From assembly GCA_973895155.1 (NCBI GenBank), contig OZ316894.1:10943874-11007873 (forward strand): a DNA stretch of 64,000 nt, written 5' to 3'. The notes under the pieces were generated by a model, which was not told the origin of the DNA, did not search any database, and saw only the letters and a program-made list of their open reading frames with translations. Positions 47,194-61,251 of the stretch are shown in pieces. Positions within the stretch are counted from its first letter, which is position 1; each line of letters opens with the position of its first letter. Made by a program: the position numbers and the translations under genes. Source of the stretch: Marsupella aquatica (taxonomy: Eukaryota; Plantae; Marchantiophyta).

Positions 47194-50100
47194 TATTTCT
47201 GGCCTTGTGAAATTGTAAATGGTTATGCAAGAGTGGCCCACTCCAGTATCCGCTTTGAAAGATCTTCAAGCGAGAAAATATGTTCGGGCCAGAAAAATAT
47301 AAAGGCGGGCAAAGACATTGAGTTGAAAAAAGATATCGAGGCAAGAAAAGATGTCAAGACACAAATAGATGTCGAGGCAAGGGCAAAGATGTCAAGGTGA
47401 AGCAAGAAAATATAAGTTCTGCCGAGAGTTCTGCGAGGTAGACATTGAGGCATGATATGTGTCATTGCAACCTTATAGCTGTTGTAGCCATGTCAAGGCA
47501 AGGCAAAGATGTTGAGGTGAGGCAAAGAAACGCAAGTGAAGCAAGAAAATTGTTTGGACATCTCAAATGTTGTTGCGACCATGTTGTCATTATGGCGAAT
47601 GATGCAATCAGTCCAGTCATGAGGGTGTTCAGGCTATGCAGTTATTGCGCCCATGTTGTTGCCAAGCCCAATACCAAAGCATTACATAGAAACATTAAGG
47701 TAAGGTGAAGAAAGTGTTGATTGAAAGCTGGGGTTTTTAGGTGAATCAAACTAAATATATTGGATTTGCCATGATTCTTTCTTGCTCATTTCATGTGAAA
47801 GTTTTTGTCAATATTGTTTAGATCTTGTTCAAAATAGCACATGAAATTATGCAATTCAAGTCAACACAAAAATATGGGATATGGCTCAAATGGGTACTGA
47901 GAATACATGGATAAGAGTCGAGCAAGAAATCTTATTGTTGATGATACAAAAGATGGAACAAAAGTGGGGGAAAAAAAGGCAGATGGGGGCAAAGAGCTGG
48001 GCTCCCGATTGGGGAAAGAATTAGAGCACAAGCAAGACTAATAGGGATGACGGGACATGTCAAGCAAGGCGGGTCTTGTGGAGAAAGTTTTTAGGGAGCT
48101 TGATCTTATTGGCCTTCATTAAAGGAGCATCATTTGAAAAGTTTTTAAAAAAGAATGTTGGAGGGTTAGAAGGAATAACAAAATTTGTGACCACTTTTGT
48201 GTTTTTATTTTATTTTGGAAAACCATGTTGTTATTGTTGTGAAAGCTATGTTGTTATGTTGTTGAGGAGAGCAAGGATGTGGGAGGGTGAGAGGGAGTGC
48301 AAGAGAGGTGATGCCCCCTCAGGGCTTTGTGGGGTCAAGGTGTGGTTGAACAATGCTATTGGGAGGGGAACATTTTTCTCCGCGTGGGCTTTTAGATTGA
48401 TTGTTATGGGTGTGCTACTTCCCGTAGTGTTTCTTTACGTTGCTATCTTCTCGAAGATGCTGCCTCCTTCCGGAATCTTTGCACTCAATGTTTTGCGAAA
48501 TGACTGGTAAGTTTCTTGTCAAACAATTGCCAATCTCCCGCTTTCTTTTGCAATTTTACTCACCTTTTTAGCCCTCCTGACTGGAGGAGTTAGTAATTCT
48601 TATCATTATCTTCCATTGACATCATGGGTCCAGTCATTGTGTCAATTTCTTCCTTTTGTAGCCCTATGATGACAAGAGTGTGCCCAGGAATGTGTAATTC
48701 TAGCCGAAGTCAACTTTCAAGTTAGAATTCCGGGTCCACTCGCATTCTGCGGGATGCAATCCGTTCCATTCTGTTGTTTGGTTTGGCTTGTGGCTCTTTC
48801 CGATGATCCAGCTCTGGGGCAATGTGTAGTGCGGTGTAGTCAAGAGGAACTCTTTTCTCGTTTCGAGTGTTATAGTTATTTTGTCTTATGGACACGATCT
48901 TTGCCTGTGAATGTGAACACCAAAGGAGAGTGTGAAGGACCTGGGTCTCATACTTGTCTACAAGAAGTGAATATTTTTCAAAATCAACTGTTCTGCTCGT
49001 CACTGTTGGATCCAATGCTTTGGAGATCGTCTGGGGAAACCAAGCGGAAGATGTCCAATCATGTCTCTTAGATAGTTGCGTGGATTGAGTGCTCTTTCCA
49101 GCGTGCAGATGAAATTTGATTGTTTAGTGTTGGGTCTCATGCGCAGGTACTACAACTTACTCATAGTCGTAGCTGTTTATGTCCATTGGCTTAGTATGAA
49201 ACTCTTCGAGCACGCATGAGCACCATCCAGCACGTAGTAGAGGAGACTTTGAATTGTACAAGAAGCCAGCTCATCGGAACCGACAAATGCCAAGACTCAT
49301 CTGGTCACTACCCAACAGGATATTTCAAATTATCCCATGAATTCAATCAGCAACACTGTCGGACCCAGTCTTGCAATTGTGGTGTGCTGGAGCAGGGCAA
49401 GTCAGTACTGCAAACAACGACACCCAGTCGTAGTTGAACTATGCGTGTATTCTTTGGATTTGAACACTTTCCAACTTTGGCTGGTCACGAGCTGAGCACA
49501 TTTTATAACCGGAACAACTCACCCGCTCGGCTGCAATATGAAGACATGGCTCAAGTGTTTCCTTAGCCAACGCCTTTCCTGGCTACCACAAATGACTACC
49601 CACTTTTGTTAACTTACGGGACTTAGGAAGGAACGGGGTTCCTGTTACTCTCTAGGTTGCTAATACCCCTGTTTTGCAGGATCGATCGCAGCACCCTCGG
49701 GACTTCCTTGATTGGGCGTAACGGAGGGATCTCGGAACATGATGGTCATGGCAAAGGCTTCCACAGAAGGATCGCAGCATATGTCATGGCAGAGAGCAAT
49801 TTCTTTCGTATTTAGATCGTCTCCAGAGAACTCTTTTTGGAGATGCTAGGTCCTTCAAAACACCATAAAGATGAAAGCCCTTTGCACAACATGCCAAAAT
49901 ATGGGCCTCGACAGGCCACCAGATGTGCAGCAAAATCTCCGACGGTTTAGTACAGTGGTGTTAACAAATTTAGGTTTTCGGAATCCTTCTGAAGGAACTC
50001 AAATCCCGAACGTTAGCACACAACTCCCAAAATAGCTTTCTGTATGTCTCCTCGACGCTGAATCAGAATTCTTGCCACGTAGAGACCCCAATCTAGCTTT

Positions 50101-50290
50101 TGAAGTAGAGAATGTGAAGAATCTTTCACTGTTCACGGCATTCAGCATGCGTCTTTTCTTGCTTCACTCCCCTCACAACAGATTGAGGAGAGGCCAATGA
50201 CAATATAAACGAACACTTGAACACAAATCTAGTGCCTTCTTATCAAGTGCTAGCCAATGAAAGGAATGCCCCTTGAAGGAAGCAAACAAG

Positions 50291-53200
50291 TCAATAGTAG
50301 ACTGTCAATGTGTGATGGAATGATGAGGCTTCTATAGATTCTATTCCAGATGACCAGAGCCACCAATCCACCTGTACACTTGTTACCTGCAACAACCGCC
50401 ACTTAGTCAGTAGAACTCACCAGCGAGTGTACTAGACCAATTACGGTAAGGAGGGTATAGTGCCCGATTGATCAGTGCGTCAAATTTGGGCAAATCGCAT
50501 ATTATCTAGTTGAAATGACAAACTCCCGCAAGGGTAAATTTTATTCACATGTTTTACAATTGGATTCCTTTGAATACTCAAATGTTTTAGAGGTGTAGTT
50601 AAGGTAGACTCCTGTGATCCTATTCTTCTTCAAGGAAATGTTTTTCGACTCCAGTGTCCCTAGATTGTTTTTATCTTATGTTCATGCTTACCTGATAATG
50701 GATTGTGTTGTAGGCTGTGAGAGAGGTAGACAAACCTCCTTTCCTAATCGTTTGCAAAGAGTTTCTCGAAGACGCTCAACTGCTGTTATGGTGCAGGCCC
50801 TTATCTCTACCTCCTCCTCCGAACCAGGAGCTATCTTTTTCTGACCATCGACGGCAGCAGCTAAAGTTGAGCTGTACTCTAAAATGCCCCAATGGCGCAA
50901 CACTGCTGGGACGACATAATCAGCAAACATTGTGATGCGATTAATATCCTCGAACGCTCCTAGTCCTTGTCCTTGAAATGCACCCCAGACATCGGCAACA
51001 AATATTTGAGCTCTTTTGTAGATAAACACCTGATGGCTTTTGTAGACAGCATGATCCCGAAAACCTGAGAAGCACATGACGACAACAATCAACAAGAAGG
51101 ATGTCAAGGACTTCTAAATTGGATACCAATTGCAAGGAATGGAAGTATGGAGCAGCTAGATTTACTGACTCCGCTTCAAAGTTGTCCGTAGAACGAGGAC
51201 TTGAATTTTAATATAGTGGAGAATGCATCTTCATCGCCCTAGACTTAGGCAACTTTTGTTCATCGTTTGACTGCCTCCAACTGCCCTGATTTTCCAGTAG
51301 ATATCCTATAGTTCAAAGCCAAGGCCCCAAGTCAGCCAGAGGATTGAAGTTAAGTTGATCTCACCTGGAAAGTGACATGCTACCAGTTCCACGAGCGTGA
51401 CAGCAGAGCAGTCAGATGCTGCAATTAAATTTGAAGCACGACCCTCAAAGTGCTTTTCCAGTACGAAACCCACCTAGCAGGATATATAAATAAATGTCTT
51501 AGACAACCCACCCATCAAAGCCCACGTACAATAATCCATTGCCATCGTCTGATATTCAAAATGCCCTACTAGCAAAATCCTAGCCGGAGAATCAACTATA
51601 AAATAATAGTTCATGTGATCAACATACTTCACATGGCAAAGTGGAAGACAAAAGCACAAGCAAATTTCCAGACCGGCAAGTCATTACAGGAAAGCTTCAG
51701 AGTTCAAAGCCAACACAATTTTCCTTTTAGCCTAGTCTGTCAAAAATCAAATGGGTTGTGGTCGGGGACTAAATCTAAGAGGGGCAGAAGCAGGACAGTC
51801 TGATTGATCTTCTAGCTATACCTCACGAATTAATCGGGCGCGCTCTTCCTCCAAAGGAAGCTTTCGTGGCCACTGAAGAAGCTGCCGCAAAAGGGGGCCT
51901 GCAAAAGACCACATGAAGAAAACATGGAAATTTGAGGCTGCCACTTGACAGAGAACTGAAATGACTGACATAAAGCTACATGATCTCTTTCCTAAACAAC
52001 CATGAGCAAATGAAACTCTATTTTCCGACAAGAGTTCAAACCTGTGTACGTTTGTAAGCGGCTGGCATCAAAAGCTGTGTTATCAACTTCTAAAGCTCTT
52101 TTCAGGCCCCTAGCCAAATGTTCATAATGGAGCTCCTCGTCTACAATCAATGTGATAACGTCAATCCAAGCTGTCCAGGAGCAAAATCATACTTAGCGAA
52201 ACCGTTGCAATGGACGTGTCTACTCGTATGGGCTTCTTATAAGATCCAGGCAAGCTTAAAAGACGTATTCGGCCAAATTAAATAAGAAAGCCGTAGTCAT
52301 CTACACCAGAACAACAAAAATTGAATAGAATACCAAGAAAGCCTCTAGTAAGACTTAATATTGACACATAGGAAGGTAATGTTACACCTCAAGGGTTCCA
52401 AACCTCTTTGTGCATGATTTAGAGCATTGCCCAAGATAAACAAGAACAGTCTTCCCGAAGCTTCCCACCAAGTTTCCCGTACAGATCAACAGACTACTCA
52501 CATTTACATCTTGCAAAAACGCACAAAATATGCATCCTTACCCGGTGCATTTAAGCATGAGCTATTTGTAACGACCACATTGTTGTGACAGCTATGAGAG
52601 CTGGACTTTCTACCCCAGGAGAAACATGTCTTATTTGGGGCGTGGCAAACAGCAATGATTCAAACCACAAGCTCTCGGTCCAAGTCCAAGCTTATGAATG
52701 GTTCTACATTCTGTATTTGAACCATCCTTACTACATATCGATGTTTTCCTACCTTTTGCTGTCAAATCCTCCAGGCCAACTATATTTCCAAGCGCCAATG
52801 CAGACGCCCTTTTAAGAGATCAAATTTTTCCAGAAGTTGTGCCTTGGGGTGCAGCTCCAATCCCACCCATTCCATACCCCAGCATGACCACCCCTCCTTT
52901 CCAGCTCCGACTGAGTGAGAAGCAGATTCAGGCATATAGCATCATCATCTGATCTTATTCTAGTTCCTTCTAAGTTTCTGAAACATCGATTTCCTAGAAT
53001 ACATTCTGCTACACTTTCACTACTACAGTATCAAACAAATTTCATAAAAAAAAAGTCCATACCAACCGAACCGCAAAGTAAAATTCTCACAGAACACAAT
53101 GACTTAACTCAGGTGACAAGAACATTGTTGCCAGATAGTAGACAAAACAAACAAGAAAGAAACGCCGAGCATGGGTGGGGTGAGGCTTAGCACCAGGCCA

Positions 53201-53674
53201 AAAGCAGAAATTGAGGGCATCGAGGACCAGTAAGTATTGTGCAGTGAGTGGTCCATTGTCGAAGAAATGAATACCCTCGAAATCCCACTTCACATCAGGG
53301 ATATTTCCGTTGATTTCTTCTGCGACTTTCTCGATACCTGCGTATCCATCCAAGCACATGAAGTCCTCAACCAAGCAGAGACCCAAATGCAAATCCTCCC
53401 CATAATAACAGACCTTCCTGGCTGATGACTTAATAACAATAATCTAGGGCAATCCAACTTATTCTTTCACAGGGAGACCTCGATAAACATACTGGAGACT
53501 ATGCGGAAAACACCTTATTACGAGGTTTAAAACTCCCTGAAAAGCTGTCTTTCAAATACACAAAAGAAACGCAAGACCAATTCCCCATCCTGTCCCGAGC
53601 CACTTACCCTTGCTGTTGATGCTTACGTGAGAGGCATGCTCGGCTACCCAGTGACATGTTGCTCGTACTTCCAT
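50291..53674 (-). CDS. QNG1: Queuosine 5'-phosphate N-glycosylase/hydrolase (queuosine salvage, DUF2419). Exons 53674-53608, 53337-53194, 52140-52042, 51898-51822, 51473-51365, 51064-50736, 50386-50291; 306 aa
   Basis: LDALNFCFWP, FPGFRDH, YKRAQI.VAD.W, ITMFADY.VP.VL, EEEVEIRA, VDWWLW, HHTLTVYY* motifs. Seven exons with GT-AG boundaries sum to 921 nt in frame. Confidence 0.95.
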
Positions 53675-55033
53675 GACTACCCAGATTCAGAACACAACAG
53701 CAGGAACGGCTACTGCCTAAAATGGAAGAGCTGGTGCCCCTAATGTAGTGTCCGCATTAACACCTGCCCGAACAAACAGAGCGACCGCATTCCAAACAGC
53801 AACCTTAGTCATCGAAACGAGGTTCACTCTCGTATATTGCTCTGGAAGGAGAATGCCAAATAGAGAGTGGCGAAAATGTCACCCGGAAACTAATTGACAG
53901 ATTATCATCTGGACGAAAACAGCGCCCACAAAGCAGCCTTAATGGCCAACGAGGACAAACAACACTACGGGTGACAAATGAAAGCATATTTTCTGGGGCC
54001 ACGAGTGAAACGCTCGTTCATGGAGGAAGGAGTGAGCGTACTTCATACTACGGTGCAGCCATCTGTGACTCGTCAGCAACAGAACTGTTCAGAAATGTTC
54101 GTTTCTCCAAATCGAAAGTGCTCGTCTTGCTCCGCCTGCCATCCGCTGCGGCACGTACATCTTCTTCACCTCCTCTGCTCGAAAGCCCTTCGTTCACTGT
54201 AGAAAGCGAATGCCTAGGCAACTTTGGGACCTTGGATCGCAAGGCATGAATGGCTTACAACCCCTCCAATTCACCACTCATATGTTGCCACGTATAATTA
54301 CCCTTGGCCTAGACTTCCTTGCCCGGCCCGAGGGATATGCTTGGTGGACCCGAAACAGAAAAAAAAAAACCTTTGCTTGATCTGCCCCCTCTTGCTACTT
54401 TTTTTCCCCTTGATAAGAACCCCCTCTCAATGAGCTTTACAAGATGTTCTCCTAAATAGAGATTCAGGTATAGTAAGACCACACTAGCTTGGTCAATAGT
54501 GACTACAGGCTTGGACTATAAGCTTTGCTCAGTTTTAATTTGGACTATAAGTTTTGCCCAGTTTTGATGTGACTGCACAAAGGTCAAAACTACAGGCTTT
54601 GAATGGGGCTGGTCATCGTAGTCATTCTTGGGACAAGCACCTCATTTCCACGCCGTCCGAAATACAAAATTAGTGAAGACTTTAGGGTTTCATGGACTTC
54701 AATCCTTGTTTTGACAATTCCCCCAACTAGGTCTTTTTGAGGTCCCTTTTTGCAAAAACTATGTGTGACCTAAATGTTGAGCATAGACGACGATCGCAAC
54801 GGCAAGCCCATGAACCATCCAACGCACAATAGTCGACACAAGAGATACGTGGTTCACCTCCTTGAGGCTACGTCCACGGGAATACACAAGAGAGCTTTAC
54901 TGAACTCTAAGCCCGTCGGCTATACCGAGTCTCCACAGTGTAAGCTCTCCCTATCTCTCAAGTGGCTCCATAACAATGAGCCTTGGTTCTACCTCTCCAA
55001 GCACACATGCCTCTTATGATATAGTGTGCAACT

Positions 55034-55158
55034 TAGTTGTACCTAACCACATAGTTGTACCTAATCACATAGTTGTACCTAATCACGTAGTTGTACCTAA
55101 TCACGTAGTTGTACCTAACCACGTAGTTGTACCAACCCACGTTGTTGTACCAACCACG
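55034..55158. repeat. 18-bp tandem array in copia B 3' LTR U3 (7 units)
   Basis: TAGTTGTACCTAA(C/T)CAC(A/G) units. Confidence 0.92.
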
Positions 55159-55386
55159 TCATACCTAACCTAGACGTAAGAGTAAATACCCAACAATCTT
55201 CCCCTTGACTCTGGTCTAGGGGAGAGTAATACTGCCAATGTATATGATCCCTTAGCGGGAAGTTCTGGACAGAAACCAAACCGGTTTCCCTCTCTAACTA
55301 GAGCAAACCAGAACTAAGCCGTAGCCTAATACATAGGAACGAGGAAGAGCATATATCAGTAATTATAATGAATGTTTAAGAAAACT

Positions 55387-58300
55387 CTACTTGTGATGCA
55401 ATTGCAAAACCTGCAATACGTCACGGTGTCTAGAGAAACTCTCCAAAGGAATCACTTTGGTAAATGCGTCAGCCGGGTTGAGTTTACCATCAATCTTGAC
55501 TAGCTCAAACAAATTATCAGACACAGCCTGCCTGATAAAATGGTACCTGACGTCAATGTGCTTCACTCTGCTGTCCATCACCTGGTTCACAGCAAGGTGG
55601 AGCGCACTTTGACTATCACAATGGAGCTTCACATTCCCCTGTGGCAATCCCATTTCAGTGATAAGTCTATCCAACCAAATCGCTTCCTTTGCTGCTTCCG
55701 CAGCTGCAACATACTCCGCTTCTGTAGTAGACTGAGCAATACACTTCTGCAAAGTAGACCTCCAACTTATGCATCCACCGCCAAGTGTGAACACGTATCC
55801 TGTTGTTGATCTCCTTCGGTCCAAATCTTGTCCATAGTCAGAATCTACATAGCCAATCAATGATCTAGCATTCTTTGCATTCGCATCAAATAAAAGACCA
55901 TGATCCACGGTACCCTTCAAGTACCTGATAATCCACTTCACTGCTTCCCAGTGTACCTTCCCTGGATTCGACATGTACCTGCTCACCTTGCCCATAGCCA
56001 TGGCAAGATCAGGTCTAGTGCAAGTCATCAAATACATGAGACTCCCCACTGCCTTGTCATATGGAACCTTTGACATCAACCCCTTCTCTGTGTCATCCGT
56101 AGGACAGAACGCTGATGATAACTTGAAGTATGGAGCCAACGGGGTACTTACTGGCTTGCTATTCTCCATGTTGAACCTTGCAATTACCTTCCTCGCATAA
56201 CTGCTCTGCGTCAACCATAGCTTGCCAGCCTCCAAGTCCCTAGTGATCTCCATACCCAAAATCCTCTTAGCTGGCCCTAAGTCCTTCATCTTAAACTCTG
56301 CACTAAGCAGTGCCTTGAGCTTAACAATCTCAGACCTATCCTTGGCTGCAATTAGCATGTCATCCACATAAAGTACTAAAACAATGAACCCAAAGACAAC
56401 ATTCTTCACCGGTTTCAAATACACACAAGGGTCAAATACACTTCTGTGAAAACCTTGTGACCGAATCCAATCGTCAAACCGCTTGTTCCAACTGTCTTGG
56501 TGACTGCTTCAACCCATACAAGGATTTCAGCAATCTGCAAACCAATTCCTCCTGTCTTCTCTTCACAAAACCTAGCGGTTGTCTCATGAAGATCACCTCT
56601 TCCAATGTGCCATAGAGGAAAGCTGTGACAACATCCATCTGATCTAGGAGCAGACCAAACATTACAACAAGTACACACAATAGTCGTATTGTAGAGTACT
56701 TAGCAACTGGTGAGAAGACCTCATTGTAATCCACACCTTTCTCTTGTGTGAATCCCTTTGCTACCAATCTAGCCTTGTAGACCTTCGATCCACCTCCTAT
56801 GGAATTATCCTTCAGCTTGTAAATCCACTTGCTGTCCACCACTTGCTGACCCTTAGGCAGCTTAACAAGCTCCCAAGTTTTGTTGTCCTTTAGTGACTGC
56901 ATCTCCGTTTGCATTGCTGCAGTCCACTTCTGCTTCTCCTTTGAAGCACTTGCCTCATGAAATGAAGAAGGTTCTCCTTCTTCCAAAATTAACGCATCAC
57001 CCTCATCATCAGCTGTAAAATCATCCTCTTGCAGTTGAGATGAATCAACCCACTGTCCATACCTTGATGGAGCGCGTACAGTGCGACCAGATGTTCTTCT
57101 AGCCGATGACTCCGGTTGATCTGCGTGTGCTGGTACAATTTGAAGCTCAACAGCATCCACTTGCTGCTCACCAGCATCAACAAACTCCTCTGGTTCCTCT
57201 GGCACAGGAACCAGCTCCATAATTGGAGCAACTCCTTCTCTCCGGTCATGCACCTCATAACCAATCTCCCCCTCAACGAGATCCGGGATAGGAGATTTTC
57301 CTTTGTCAGTACGGGAGACCTGAGTATTCTCCCCCTCCTTCAATAATCTGGATTCATTGAAGGAAACATCCCTACTGACAACGAGCTTACAGGCAATAGG
57401 ATCCCATAGCCTATAGGCTTTCACACCACTCTGGTACCCAAGAAAAACACATTTCCTGGAGGTAGGATCCAACTTGGTCCTATTCTGCTTTGGTGTGAGA
57501 GCATATGCATCACTTCCAAAAATTACCAAGCCATGATAGTCTGCTTGCCGCTTATAGCGCATCTCAAACGGCGTTTTGAAATTGATAGCACTAGAAGGAG
57601 AAAGATTTACCAAATAAGCTGCGGTATTGACAGCTTCTGCCCAAAATTCTTGTGGTAAACCTGATTGGCTCAACATACTCCGTGACCGCTCCAACAGTGT
57701 CCGATTGAGCCTCTCAGCGACACCATTCTGCTGCGGAGTATAAACTGTGGTGAGATGGCGAGTTATCCCCTGTTCTGAACAGTACTCTTCAAATTCCATT
57801 GAAGTGTACTCCCCGCCGTTGTCTGACCTCAGACTCTTCACCCTTGTATCCAAACACTTGATCGTGTTTCCAGTCTGATTCTCCACCTGGGCCTTCCACT
57901 TCTTAAAAATGGACAAGACATCAGACTTATGCGTCATGAAATAAATCCACACAAATCTTGAGTAATCATCAATAAATGATACATAGTACAACTTTCCAAA
58001 GTGTGAGGGAGTCGGGGATGGACCCCACACGTCACTATGTATGTACTCAAGAGCCGCTTTGGAACGATGAGTTCCAACACCAAAAGCACGACGATGCTGC
58101 TTTCCAAGAATGCAATGCTCACAAAACTCTAATTTACAAGATTGCAAATCAGAAATGAGTCCATTCTTCCGTAAGATAGCCAAACCCTTCTCACTCATGT
58201 GGCCTAGCCGTGAATGCCACAGTTGAGTCATCTCCTCGTGAGACTTGGTTACATTGGCCTCTCCACATACAGTATTGCCCTGTAACACATACAAATTCTT

Positions 58301-59695
58301 TTGTCTACTCCCCTTCAAAATCACTGTCTCTCCCGACCTGACTTGAAGTTCACCATCAATAACGCTCCATTGATGACCATTTGAATCCAACACACCGAGT
58401 GAAATCAGATTCTTACGCATGCCAGGTACATACCTGACTCCGGACACTGTGCGCACAGCGCCATCAAACATTTGAATCTTCACAGACCCAATTCCCTCAA
58501 TTTGACAGGAGTGATCATTTCCCATCAGAACTAAACCGTTTGAAATAGAGTAAGAACTGAAAAACTCACGAATGTAACAAATATGAAAAGAGCAAGCACA
58601 ATCAAGAATCCACACATCATCTGCTCTCCTAGATGACGTGCACAGGGCATACCCCCGGCTTCATAAAACATACTCATCATTGAGTAAATCAGCTTCTCCA
58701 TCAGCCCTAGCCACATTTGCCGATGAAGTTTCCGCTGCCTTTCCCTTACAGTCTCGCTTGAAGTGTCCAACTTGGTTGCACTTCCAACATGTCACCTGCC
58801 TCCTCTGAGGGGATTTACCCTTGGACTTAGATCTGGATTTAGATCTAAACTGGGTTCTACGGTCCCCAGTTGGTCGCTGCATACTCCTCCCACGGTTAAC
58901 ATTGAGGGCAACACCAGATGATGAAGGCTGTGACATGATGTGCATCTTCTGCTGAAGATCATCACTAAGCAGAGAACTTACCACGTCATTGTATGAAATG
59001 GTATCCCTATCACGATGCAACAACACTCGTGATAGGGACTGGTAAGATGGAGGCAATGAACTAAGAAGCTGCAGAGCCTTCGTCTCATCATTCAAAGTCT
59101 CCCCAAGGTTTTCCAAGTCAACGACCATGTCGTTGAAAGCATCCACATGGTCTTGCAACTTCGTACCAGATTCCTTCATCCTGAAACTCATCAGTTTGTA
59201 GGAAGTGTAGAGCCGGTTCGACAACTCCTTGCGGTGATACTTGCTCTGCAATTCCGCAAATAAGGACATGCAATCCTTATGTGCACCCAACTGCTTGATG
59301 ATGGGAGGCATGAGATAGAGTGTAACACACCACACTCCCTGCTCCTGCATGCGGTCCCATTGTTTCTCATCAACATCGTCTTCACGAGGGCTCAGCAGTT
59401 GGCCCATCCCTGACGCATAAAGCACTCCCTTCACCTACTTCTCCCATAGCAAGTAGTCAGAGCGCCCATCATACTTTGTCACTTCATACTTGGGTCCCCC
59501 AAGCTTGAAAGTCCCCATCTTCTTCTTTACCGTGAGCTCCGGTAGTAGTACTGCTTCCTCCACCACACGCCGCACCGGTGATGGTATCGGTGTCACGTGC
59601 TCTTCCTCCTGCTCCTCTCTCTGCCCCTGAAACCTCCGCGGTGACCCTCGTGCTTCAAGTTCCACGTCTTTGAAAAACTCCTCCGAATCACTCAT
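55387..59695 (-). pseudogene. Copia B gag-pol; TAG at 59435 in gag, TGA at 58661 at the gag/pol junction, +1 frameshift near 56490 in RT
   Basis: YDGRSDYLLW, LLSSLPPSY, CWKCNQVGHFKRDC, WILDCACSFH, integrase DDE (HSDVWGP, SDNGGEY, QNGVAER), LYVDDML, RNase H; CAG-T-TGG single-base insertion in SPRQWNK. Confidence 0.95.
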
Positions 59696-61108
59696 ATGAG
59701 AAAGTCACAAAAAATGTTGTTTTTCACAACTTCTCAAAAAACTCGAAACTCAACACCGCCGCGTAGCCCACAAAGCTAGGAGTCCAATACTGAAAACCGA
59801 AATCAAAATCGAAATTTGACGGAAAAGTTATTCAAATTTCGGTCGAGGTGGGTAAAACCTTGGGAAACTCCCCCGTTTTGACCACCTCAGGGAATAACCG
59901 AAATACCAAGTACAACCCGTTGTCGGAATTGCGATGTGATTGGTGCGCTGCATTGCCAACTTCAATGGCTACGACCTCGCCGAAAAATAACCAAAAAAGT
60001 TACCGTTCGGTGGATGAAATCTTTGTCGGACGGTCAAAAAATAGCTCTCTGGTTTTTTGGAATATTCTATGACCCTTGTACAGGCCCTGTGGGAATTTTG
60101 GAAGAACAATCGAGGGGCTGACATGTGTCCTCGAACCCCCAAAACCCCCTACCACCCTTCGTCGTCGAAATCTGGTCGCGCGCGCAGAAAATACACACGG
60201 CAGAATGTACCCCTCGACACCAAACGCAAGATATCTCACTCGGGTTTTGACTAAATCAAGATCCGATTTCAGATTTGGAAACTAGACTCCGAGGCGATGA
60301 AGATCGATATAAGAAGCACCCAAAACGAGGAAAGAACGAGGGAGAAAAAAATTGGTAAAGATGACAGATTTCTCTCAATTGCCATAGCCAATTTCGAATC
60401 AGTTTTTCAAAGAGAAAAAAATGGTACCTTGTCAACAACGAATGTTGATCAATTGCACTTGGTGCCGTCACCAAGTCCAACAAGGTAATTGATTTTGCTT
60501 AGCCTTCCTCTTTGCATCAAAGAGCCAATCCCGGACTCAAAAACAATCGTCTTGCCTCAATCTCTCCGTTGAGTCAAAACACTTGACGCTTCTCCCTCCG
60601 AGTCGATTGCCAACTTTCTTCACAAAATCCAGAACGACGAAAACTTAGATCTCTCTGCACCACGAGCTCCGTTCAACGATTTCTTCACACCGTTAGAAAG
60701 CTCTTGCCCTGATCTATCCGTTGAGCCCATAAACTCCAAGTTCCATGCGATGGAACTCTGGAAAATCCACCAACACTCAACGCTGGAAAAACCGTCATGA
60801 AATCCCATCACGAACACACGTCACCTCCCAAGCATGCTCTGATACCAATTGTTGAGCATAGACGACGATCGCAACGGCAAGCCCATGAACCATCCAACGC
60901 ACAATAGTCGACACAAGAGATACGTGGTTCACCTCCTTGAGGCTACGTCCACGGGAATACACAAGAGAGCTTTACTGAACTCTAAGCCCGTCGGCTATAC
61001 CGAGTCTCCACAGTGTAAGCTCTCCCTATCTCTCAAGTGGCTCCATAACAATGAGCCTTGGTTCTACCTCTCCAAGCACACATGCCTCTTATGATATAGT
61101 GTGCAACT

Positions 61109-61251
61109 TAGTTGTACCTAACCACATAGTTGTACCTAACCACATAGTTGTACCTAATCACGTAGTTGTACCTAACCACATAGTTGTACCTAATCACGTA
61201 GTTGTACCTAACCACGTAGTTGTACCAACCCACGTTGTTGTACCAACCACG
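61109..61251. repeat. 18-bp tandem array in copia B 5' LTR U3 (8 units)
   Basis: Same unit, one more copy than in the other LTR. Confidence 0.92.

Noticed and set aside
48600-50050. Coding-like sequence downstream of QNG1
   Set aside because: All frames are interrupted and no family is recognisable.
9551-53674. Functional clustering of FUT13 and QNG1
   Set aside because: Unrelated pathways (N-glycan Lewis-a synthesis versus tRNA queuosine salvage); adjacency alone is not evidence in a eukaryote.
54976-55173. VVPNH-repeat protein ORFs (also 61051-61266)
   Set aside because: Translation of the 18-bp LTR array, not a gene.
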